DNA from: Barthelona sp. PCE
Lineage: Eukaryota
DNA: 64,000 bases
Direction: 5' to 3'
NCBI GenBank assembly: GCA_040285745.1
Contig: JAUFOR010000001.1
Span: forward strand, 372,001 to 436,000
How positions within the stretch are numbered: the first letter of the stretch is position 1; each line of letters starts with the position of its first letter. This document shows positions 30,001 to 42,000 of the stretch, piece after piece. Under the pieces are notes generated by a model that was given only the letters and a program-made list of their open reading frames with translations, made no database searches and was not told the origin of the DNA. Position numbers and translations under genes: made by a program.

Positions 30001-33000
30001 ACCTTAATATGCACGTGCTCCAAAACGTGATCAGTACGAAGACGTTTGGAACTGTCATGGTAGTAGTGCAACTCACCATCTTGGAGGATGGTAATGTTGC
30101 CCTTCAAATGTGTTAAACCGTACATACGAATGTCATCACGAATAATTGTTAGGTTGTTATAATTATAGAAGTTAGCATAAACATAATGTTCATAGTTGGA
30201 ACTGTCAAATATAATTGTACCGTAATTATGGATTGATGACAAGAACAGTCCTGATGCAGAACTTGAATAGATGTGAGCAGAACTATCTGCAATCTTCCAA
30301 TCGTTGTAAGAGTTCTCAGTAAAGTTCAAAATGGAATTATCATGAAGATAAATATGACCTGTAGTCCATGTTGACCCGTTATTGATCTCAACTATCTTTC
30401 CATAGAAACGCTTGTTATAATTTTGAGATAATTTCAGTTCACTGTTAAGGCGCAGAACTCCTGAACCATAAATACGACCATATCTAAAGTCAAGACTGCC
30501 TTCTTCAGTAACGGTAACGAGTCCATCGTGATAAAGACGACCATCATCACGAATAATTACAGTGTTGTTAATAAACATAACGTGATCATGGAAATCTATG
30601 GCGCTGTAGTACATATCAAGAGAATTTAGCTCGAGAATAGTACATGAAACGCCTGCTAAACGCAACGGATCTGTAATGATTGGATCATGTGCTGTGTGGA
30701 AGTGTAATGTACCGCGCCCATATGAATAACCACTGTTAGTATAAGCTGCAGTTAAAGATGTAGTCGTTGCATTGTATCGTCCATAAATATGTGTGTTACA
30801 ATGTCCATAATTGATAAACTGACCCAACACAGTAACATTTCCATACACATATGCGTTACATGGATAAGCAGTACTGGTACTTAATGGATGTATGTAAAGT
30901 ATACTTCCTTCATCTACAAAAACATTGCCATAAAACTCAGAGACAAGTCTAAAGTAAACAAGGGTTGAACCATTAATAATAAGTTCAGCACCAGGCATGT
31001 GACGGAAATCTATACCAAGATGATTGTTAGAGTTACCACTATTAGCAACAATAAGACCGTAATTGTACCATGTTGGTTTGGCGGCAGTTGGTGTAGGGTA
31101 GAAATTCCAACTGGCAGTTGTGTAGAAGTACGTTACTGAATCTGCACCTGTCCAGATGGAAGCGCTGCTGTCCATGTATAATCGAGTCGAAACCTGCTCA
31201 AATGTACCATTGACAATGAACGCATGATCGTAGATGTATAGATTTCCACCATCACGTGTATCCAGCAATGCATCGTTTTCAATGTATGTGACAGCACGTC
31301 CACGGTAGTTACCATTACTTAAACGCAGATGCTTGGGCTTGAAGTCATAGTCAACATACAGAGTACCACCGTTAACCTTAAAGAAATCGGCAGTAACGGG
31401 GTTCATAAGATAAAAGTTTCCGCTACGCGTCTGCCAATATGGATAATGCTCTCCATTCAGGTAGTGTTCACCTCCTGAATCTATAGATGGATTTGACTCC
31501 CATGTGGTTGTGTTATAGTAGTGGTAATAACTTGTTGCATCATAAGCGTCCCAGTAATATGTACCGTATCGATGCATATGTCCGTGGAAGTGATGATGCC
31601 CATCAAGTCTGAAATACAAATGGTAACTTGTAAGAGAACAGCATTGATAATCAGAACGCCACATAAAGTAGCCATAGTAATGGACCGTACCAGCGATGTA
31701 AAAATTAGTCTGTGCACGAACATAGACCTTAAAGTTATTGAAATATGTACCTGACGAGTACAAATACAAATCTTTGCTGTCACAATAACAACGATCAGGA
31801 TGGTAGCCATAATGAACACGACAATCATATTGCTCAAAATAGAAATACGTGTTGTCGAAAATAGAATCATAAATGAAAAAGAACTTTGGTGAATGACGAT
31901 ATATACTAAATGTTGTGTGATTAGAGTGTATGTGTGCCATCAGATGGATACCAGGACTGTTTGCCCAATCTGTTGAACGATGCAAATAGAAATGAGAATG
32001 ATCCAGAATCAGATAGTTATGACACGATGGATTAGTACGGTCATTATACATATCTGTGTGACCGATAATCCTGCCAAATGAATCCCAACCATGATCGTAA
32101 TAATCAACGTGACCAGGATCCATATTCCTAATCAAGAACTCTGAACCCGGACGCATAACCACAGAAGATCCACCATACCATCTGAAGTTCTTGTACTCAT
32201 AATAATACAATTGATATCGAACATGAAGTGCGATTCCTGATTCTAATATAGCCCACAAATCATCACGGTACTGATAGTTATAGTAACTACTAGTTTCGTG
32301 CGGACGACGAACATTCTGCAAATGAACATAGTTTGCTGAAACGGCACCAGGACCGTATACTCTAGCTGAATATAGATACATATTCTGCAAATAGAAACGA
32401 CAAAAAGCAGAAACATGTACCTGTGAAGCTTCGTACATGTGGAAGTTGTGGCTGTTAGGAATAGTAACATTTGACTGGATATGAAGCTTACCACCATTAC
32501 CTGAATAAGTGTAAATGAAAAAGATCATCTTCAAAGTTGCAGGTTTAGTCACAAACATTTGTCCATTTTGGTACAAGTTAATGTAATCACCTAACTCAAC
32601 ATCTGTTGTGGTCTCAGGTTCAATGTACATATTATGGTTAGTAATATGTGGACGATCATAACCACTGGTTGAAGTTATACCACGGAAATATGAATAACCA
32701 GAATCAAAGTACATGTTAACATCATGCCAATTACTGCTACCACGGGAACGAGTTTGGTATGTGGAACCAGCTTCAAAAATCATTGCACGCAAGTGAGAAT
32801 AATACTGGTATTGATACCACTTCGAACCACTCTCAAATGTATGTGGACCATCTTGCCAAACTGTGGAACCATACAATGTAACAACAGCACCATTCAAGTG
32901 ACGGGTTGGAACAACAAAATACATGTGATAGAAACCACTGGAATATTCGTGAGCTGTGGTAATGGATCCTTCGTTTAGCAACAGGCCCTTAGAACCAGTG

Positions 33001-36000
33001 TATGTAGCATGTCGAGTCTGTGTACTGTCTGGGTTACAATCATAATGACCACCAGGCATAATATGGAATACAACACTATCAGAAATATACGTATAATAGC
33101 GATACATGTAGTATCTTCCATAGAGTTGGAACTCACCAGGACCATAGAAATAAGTATGATGATATTGTTTAAACCAAGAAGTGACCTTGATGAAGGAGTT
33201 CTTCTCAAAGTGAAGACTTGAACCACTGTTGGCATACCACTGTGTGACAGTTAATGAAGCACCTTCATAAGCATAAACGCGACCACTAGCTGCCTCAGTA
33301 TAGAGATACGGTGTCTCAACATCGTAGTGATAGACATGCATCTGTGATGAATCATAGAGGTATACTCGGGGAAGACTGTTGACCTCTGTTGAATTCTCAA
33401 TTTGGAAAACAGCACTGTTGCGGAAATACAGGTTACCACCAGTGATTGTTGAACCTTCTAGAAGATTGACAGTAGAGGTAGAGTAGAAGTTGGCGGCCGC
33501 AGTCAGTGCATAGTCACCCGCTAATCTAAAGTTAACCGATCCTGTGACTGACAACGTACCAGCACCTTCCAAAGTTGAATTCTCACCAATATATACAAGA
33601 CCATTGCTACATGTGAATGTAGCTCCGGATGCGATTGAGATCAAATCTTCAGAAACAAAATGTTTCTCGGTTGTTAGTCCTCCACTGTTAAGGAAAATAT
33701 TTGAATTGTTGTATGTGAACACTGGAATCTGAAGATTGACAACTCCTGAATGACCACTGGTTGTAATGTTACCAAAGAGCATAACTCTCGAAATATCAGG
33801 CTTGGCATCATTGTCATACATATAAACAGTACCAGAAGCTATGCTTAGTGTAGCCACAGCCGTATCATTAATGAACAAGTGTGACTGATCAAAGTGCATG
33901 CTTCCCGAATCCCACCAAAGTGAATCAAAGACTGTAACAGTACAGTTATCCAGACGCCAATGCGAACCAGTCAATGTAACTTCATCCATGAGGAAGAAGG
34001 CTTGATAGAGATGAGCGTCTGAATTCATTGCGTAGCTACGGAATGTAACCGTTTCAAGACCCTTCCAGACACCATTGGTGTGAACCAAATCCTTAACAAC
34101 GGGATTCGAACACTTGGAATCGATAGTTCCGTCTACTAACTGCATGTAATCAACAGAACCCACATCAGAGCCCAAGTGAAGATTAACAACAGCTGTGGCT
34201 CCATTAACTATGAATGTACCATAACCATGAAGAATACCAAACATGTCAAAGATGTGATCATCAATGTGCAACTCAGAATTTAGATCCAAATATACGTTAG
34301 CTGACTGTGTAACAACAAACTTATTGTCACAAGATAGATGAACGTAAGTGAGATAATTAACCCTGAAACGAGCAAGTGCCTCAAGATAAATACGGTTCGA
34401 GTGAATGATGACCGGGCCCTGTCCTCCAATTACAAAGTCTGCGGCCCTGTGTATATGCACTCCCCATGACAGATCGAGTGCGTGTATAGAATCCATAACG
34501 AGCTCGTTCTGAATGTTGATGATTGATGGGTTATCAATCTCATTACAGACAATCTCAATATCTTCAACCTGTAAAAGACGAGCTGCACCCATAAAGTTCA
34601 TGATTGCAGCGTTGATACCGTTGAGGTTACCGCGCTTCCATGTGAAAGCAGCGGTAGAATTAAGAGTATATCTATCTATTGTCATGGGAACGGTTGCCTC
34701 AAACGTTACGTTATCGGAAACCAAAGAACCTGTATCACGAAGATAACCACCTGACCAATAAAAGTAAGAATCTGCATTCAGTACACCCTTTCCAATAACC
34801 TCACCATCATTTGACAAATACAAAGATGACATTAGAATATCAAGACAGTTGTACAAGAACTTGCCACCCTTGACAAAATACTGAGTGTAATCTGGCGGAG
34901 TCTTACGCAAATCAAGGGAACCACCTGTAATATAGACGGGAACACCCAAGCTTGAAAACTGAACGGTATCCTTGAAAAGTACATATCCACCTGAAACAAA
35001 AAGTTTACCATTATTGTTAAAGTTCATTTCACTCACAAACGTGTTACCACCATATGAATGAACAGCGCCTGCACAATCAAGTGTACCAGTTCGCAAGTTT
35101 GCGATACCGTCTCCGACTGAAAGCGTACCGAACAGGAAGATATTGATTGGGCAATCAAAAATGACATCTCTGGTAAACATGAGCTCACCAACTGAAACGT
35201 CTAATTGACCAACAATTCTAATGATTATTCCAATGGTTCCCTTAATATCTTTACCGTTTGACTGGACGAGAATACGTCCAGAAGATTCAAAAGTAGATTG
35301 TAGACCGGATCCATGAAGCCAGAAGTAATCATCAGCCAGCTCAATTGCAAAACGCCCATCTGGGGCATTCTTGATGTAAGCAGCATCGTGGAAAGTCAGA
35401 TTACCTTCAACCCAGTGAATAATACCAGTGTTAACGAAAGACTTGGCCTTTAGATGCTTCTGTTGTGAAGAAAGAAGATACATATCTTGCTCACACTCGA
35501 GAGGACCACGGCCAGAAAGTGTACCACCGATCCAGTTGAACACACCCTGCAACAGGAATGTACCTTCGCCAGTCATCTCACAAGAATCAGACATATTGAA
35601 GACAGACTGAATCTGAGAAGTGTTATGGATAAAGTGAACACCACCAGAACAGAATGAAGGTTGTGCGACACGGAAGTCACTGAAGAACGCAGTTTCACCA
35701 CCTGAGAAATCGAAATAGGTATCAATAGTGATGGGAGCACGCGCAACAAGTCGACCACCCAAAACATGTAATGGCGGAAGACTTTGTGACTGGAAACCAT
35801 CATAGTTCAAAATTGATGATGATGAACCATCGACGTACAAGGCACTACAGAAGAATTGTGCACCGTCATAGACTGTAACATCGGAACCGTTGACGAAAAT
35901 CTTAGACTGTGTCTGATTCATGTTAAGCATAGAACCAGACAGGAAGTATGTGAGACCTCCGGTCATGTCAACGTCACCATCACCCTCGACAAACGAGTTT

Positions 36001-39000
36001 TCTGCAAAAGTGAAACCGTTACCTCCACCAAATCCAAGCACTGCACCACTGCTCACAGAGAAGTTTCCGTAAGCGAAACCACCACCAGAGAGATCAACCT
36101 TACCTTCGACAACCTCAAGGCGGCCAATGGTGTTGAAGTACCATTCAATGGTGTTTGTGTTTGTACCAGATTTGCGATAACGGGCAGCGTTACCCAACTC
36201 AGGTCGAGCACCTTCAGAGTTATGATAGTACATATTAGCACCTGGTGACAACGTGAAGTTGGCCTCAGGATTAACAATAATTGAACCACCGTTCCAACCG
36301 TAGATGTCACCATCATAATAGATCGAAGGTGCCTTTAACTCGATACGACGAGAATCAAGGTAGTGATCATCGTTGAGAATATACAAGTTTGACTTACAGT
36401 CGAACATGTTACTACCAGAAATGGTACCACCAAACCAATAGACTTCATCAAACAGAGTTGTGGAGCCATCACCACCGAAATCACCACCAGTCAGATTGTA
36501 AACACCAGCAATTGTGCTCTGCGCATCAATAACTGAGTCACCGCCGTGTTGAGTCCAATCACCTTGGACAACAACCAGCGAGTCGGATTGGAAGCGACCG
36601 CCTGTAATCAAAACATTAAGTGCGTTACATGTGTAACCGTGGAACTCACAAATACCGGAACTGATGTTCAGCAGTAGACCGATGTTAGTCATATCAAGAC
36701 CAGGCTCAAAAGAACCACGGCCGCCAGTGAACTTTGTGTCACCAGAGATATTGTATCTACATGTGACAACAACATCAGCACCAACATCATAAACAGCGTT
36801 ACCTGAACCGTAGAGCTTAGCGGCTGGTTTGAGCAACTGGTTAGGACCAGCAAAAATGACCTGAGCAGTTGAGTTGACAAAGATCTGTCCAACTGCTTCA
36901 AGTCCACCAGAAAGAACAAGGTCACCATCCTGTACTTCCATAATACCGGAGTGAGCGACGTCAATGTTGATTTCTGCAGCAGATGTATCCTGCTTCTGAA
37001 TGAAACCTGAATTTTCAAGCAATGGCATATCGCCACCACCATACAGAAGAGAACCACCTGGTAAGAGAAGGAGTTTGGAAGCACCCAAATTCTTGAAACG
37101 TGCTCCGTCATAGGCATAGATATCACCCAAAAACCATCTGACTTCGACACTGTTAAAGAACTCGGAGATTTCCAAACGTTTAGCTGCGGCACCTGAATGA
37201 ATTTCGCAACCACCTTCGGTTGTAATACGACCAGCACCAAGAACACCACCACCGTACCAAGAAAAGAGGCCGGCACAGGTTACCTGTGAGTCGTCAATAA
37301 GATTACCCGCATACAAGTCGTACGCCTGGTTGATTGTAAGGAATCTTGGAACAGTAATGTTTCCACCAGGCAAATTTTGGTACAGATACTCGACCGAACA
37401 TACAGATTCGAGATTGAGTACACCACCAGAAACAGCAATTTTGTCAAACACCGTATCAACCTGATCAAGGAAGACGGTACCGGCAGTGACATTAAACCAT
37501 TCACCGGGAGATTGCATGATTATGGTTGGCATAAAATGAATGTCTGCACCTGAGAAAAGCGAAACGCTTGTTGAATTAAAAACGGTAGTATCGAGTGTAA
37601 CGACACCACCATGGAACTCAATGACACCCTCTGAATGAAGTTCAGCAGGGAACACAAAGCTCATACCGTTGTTGATAGCGATACGACCGTCTGCTGCAAT
37701 CACTGAACGAGAGATAGAATTACCGTCTCCGCCAAAACCAAGAGTACCCTCTTTAATGAGGTGCTCACCCTGTAGGTCGGCGAATAATGCAATGTTAGCA
37801 TAACCTGTACCGTTCTTAATGATCTTACCGACCTGCAAGAACGTGTTCACGGTTGCGTCACCAGCATAGATTTGATGATAACCTGGCTCAGCGTCAATGT
37901 AAAGAGTAGAACTAGTCCTAATCTCCACAACAGCCGCATTCACAACAGTCATGTTACCAGAATGCCAAACAACGGTGTCGTAAAAGTAAACTGTCTTATT
38001 ATTGATTGATTTCAAGGGATCACCCTCGATATCAACTCGACCGAGGGTACGCATGAGACCAGTATCACTGACAGAACCACCAACCCATAAAAAGTCATTG
38101 GCAATACCAAGCTCAGAGACTGTACTGATCTCACCACCCAGCATCTCAAGATAATCAACATCAAAGACGGCTGCAACAGTTGGAGCAATCATTTGACCGG
38201 TACCAGAAGTTGTCAACTTAGTGAAGTGAACTGGAGCATCATAGGTGAGAACACCTCCAGACACGTTAAAGTGCACTGTGAAATCGACAGCAAGATGGAA
38301 GTTACTAATACCACCAGTGGAGTTACCCTGGACTGCTGCAAGAGTGTAGAATTCATTGGCACCACCATTGATGTTCATATATTCATTGATCGTAAGGGGA
38401 CCATAGAATTTGTTAACACCATCATTAATATAGAGAATGTCCATAACCCATGTAACAGAACTGTGAAGCTCAATGTTAAGCGAACCATCAAGGACAACAA
38501 CGGAACCCATTGCGTCAAGATCAGCACCATCGTTAATACGAACGATACCATCCATCAACTGGACTTCACCGAGAATATTAACAGTGGCTGCACCTTCGAC
38601 AATCATGTTAAGATTATTAGAGTAACCTTTCATGTTACCTGCACCGTAAGCCTGTGATAGATACTCGAAAGTAAAGTCATCACGAGCATAAAGCCAAGCG
38701 TCTTGGAGGATCTCAATCTCTCCGGATGATAATGTTCTGTCAAGAATTAAAATACCTTCTTCAACAATAACCTTAGCATCGTTATCAAGAATAAGACCGA
38801 GTGCAATTTCATCTGAACCGCGTTTCACAAGTGTACCTTGATTCACAAACGTACAATCTGTTGACTCCTTAATGAACGCTTTTTCCTCGTTGGCACCACC
38901 CTCAAATGCAAATATTGCACCAGGAAGGTTGTACCAAACTGATCCGGCAACAATGCTGAAGTTACCATTCTCGAAGGTGGTGTTACCTTCAGCATAAACA

Positions 39001-42000
39001 AGTTTCTGAAGACGTTTAGGACCGTCGGTGGTTACAACAAAGTTTTCATAAAAACGAAGGGTGTCACCACTCGCAAGACCAAACATACCACCGCTTTCGA
39101 ACGTAATGTTATCAGCTGTGACAGGGGTATCAAAGTGGAGCTGAGCACCACAAACACGTAGATGTTTATAGTGCTTAGAATTGCCATTATTGTAATTATT
39201 GACTGTACCACCACAGTACTCAACAAAGTCGATCTCGTGGTTGTTATACCAACGTAGATTACCCTCAGTCATGTTAATGTGCTCGACAAAAGCATCAATG
39301 TGGAATCGAGTATCAGAAGTATCATTGATCTCAAGATATCTCACCTTGGTGTAGATATCAATATCAATAAAACCACCAGATACGTGCATGCTATCAACGT
39401 AAAGGTTGTCTACGTCAACAGAACCTCCAGTAACAAAGAACTCATTAAGTATAAGACCAACAGAACGGAAGGTACCAGCAACAACTGTGAGCTTGTCTGC
39501 AATAAAGAAACCTGAGCTGAGAGTCAAACCGCCTGACGTAACGTCATAGACAACCTCCGTAGCTGTAAGGTTTCCATAAACTGTGAGTGTACCGGAACCG
39601 CAGAATATCAATTCTCTAATATCGGCAGTGCCCCAAACAGTGACGCTTCCACCGCAAATATGCATGCGGTCTGCTTTGACGCTTTGACGGAATTTAAGTT
39701 GCGATGTGCCCTCGACCTTAACCAAATCGGTAACATTTACGAAGGCATTAATATTTGAGTGAGCAGCGCTTTTGAGGAACATCCTGTTAAACGTGGCGTT
39801 ATAGTTACAAAATAAATCACCATTGCTCTGATTAAAATCACCTGAAACGTTGAGAAGATCAGCACCGTGAGACCAGACACCATTAATAATCTCAACATCC
39901 TTAACCGTGATTTCGGTTGCAGTTATGAGATCAGATGTACTGCTTTCAAGAACGAACTTACCTTCCTCAAGATCAAGCACACAGTTGTCGTCAATTTCAA
40001 CCTGGGCACCTGTTTCCACCTTGAGTGATCCACCCAATGTAAGCGTTGTGCCAGTTGTGAACATATAATCGTTGTTTCCACCCATGTGCAACTCGGCATC
40101 ATCGGCCACAGTAACAACACCATTAAAGTTGGCGTCACCTTCAAGCCTATGAATACCTTGATTAACAACAAGTGAACCTTTGACCTCATAATCAACTACA
40201 TGATCAGCGAGGTATGTTGAAGCACGATTAACAGTGACTCCAGGGTTAATATTGAATACACAACGTTGTCCTGTGCCTGGATAATCAATCAAAGCATCGT
40301 CACCATTCGGTGAAATAATAACTGAAGCTCCAGACACAAAATTAAATGTAGATGCCTTGTCACACTCGAAAGTACCAGAATGCAAGAGCTTAGTTGTAGA
40401 TGAACTTAATAAATTGAACGTTGTCAAATCACTGAGCTTCAATACATCACCCTTAACATCAAACTGACTCTCAATATGCATTGTGATCTGTTCGACAGCA
40501 CCACCGTTCCAAACGAAACTGGTGATATTGGTTATACCTTCACCCTCAAAGCGACCTCCGTTCATCGTATGCAAAAATTGTTCCAACTGAGAGTCGGATT
40601 CCTTAATACTGATGAGACCATCGTCTTGAACAATTTGAGAAACATCGGCATAGTCGACAAAGTACAAATTTCCACCCAAATGATTAATGAACAAGATGGA
40701 TGTGTTATAGTTGAAGTTGATGGTACCAGTTGCACCTGTGTGTGAATCAAGAGCATCAATAGTTGTATTTGATTGGAAGTCGTGTGTTCCACCAATCAAC
40801 TCAAGCGCAGCAACGTGCGTGATGTTGGTGTATTCAACTGTTCCTCCGAACAACAACATGTGATCGATAGTACGTTGTGTGTTGATGGTTATAACACCAC
40901 CGTGCACCTCGAAACGCGCAGTCGAGTCCCAAATGTTAGGGAGGAGCTCAAAGCTTCCTGCATAGATCATTATGAGCTTGTCAATCTTCAGCGCATCATC
41001 CGCTGTGATACTGTAAACCTGATTCAGACAGACCGCTGGGCCAGTTGAATCCAGTGTGAGCACAGTGGGATTGGAGAACGTGATGCTATCATCAAATGTA
41101 CCACCGCAGAAAAAGTTCCAATTGCTCGCACCAGACGATTCAACAGGACCTTCTGCCTGAATGAAAGCAGAAACTGTGATGTTTTGGAACGAGTTACGTG
41201 AGAATGTACTCTTTGTATTGATAACACACTTCGTTCCAGTCGATCCCTGATTCCAATTGAGTGGAACAGAGCCTGCGTATGAGATTGAGAATGTATCGTA
41301 CATCTCAAACAAAGCACCATCTTGACATGTGATAGTACCGTCAGTCCATGTAGTCGTGCCTAAAACGCGAAATGTCATTGTGTCGAATGTTTTCGTGCCC
41401 GTTGTGGACCACAAACTGTTCGACAAGACTTCGATTTCGTCACTACCGTACACTTTTCCTTTCTCAATCGACAAGTCACCTGCAACAAAAAGCTTACCTT
41501 CGACCTCAATTTCACCATCCAGCAAATCAAGTGCGCCGGACAGGTAATAGTTGAACTCTGTCTTCAACTTACCACCTTCTCTAATAACAATATCAGTGGT
41601 GTTGAAGTCAAAATCATTGTACAGTACTGCTGGGATGGTTGGATCTGCATCAATATATGTTGTACCTGCGGTTATTGGACACGCTGTAGCGTCATAAACC
41701 TTAGCAGACAAATAGAAATCAGTGAAATCCAAATTCAACCCCGAACAGAAAAAGTGCACCTCTGGCCCTATCAATCCAAAGCTTTCAAATAGATTGAAGT
41801 CAAACTGATCTTGGTCCAGACTGTACGACGCAGAAGATGCAAAAACAACAGTAGAATCTATGTCGATTACCTTCTGCCAATACTTCAGATTACTGAAATC
41901 ATTGACACAATAAATGTTTGGATTAGAGTGATAGTATACGCCTGGATGGTAAGATGAACCACGATGGATATACCAACCATCTTCACCAGTTGCAAGAGAG

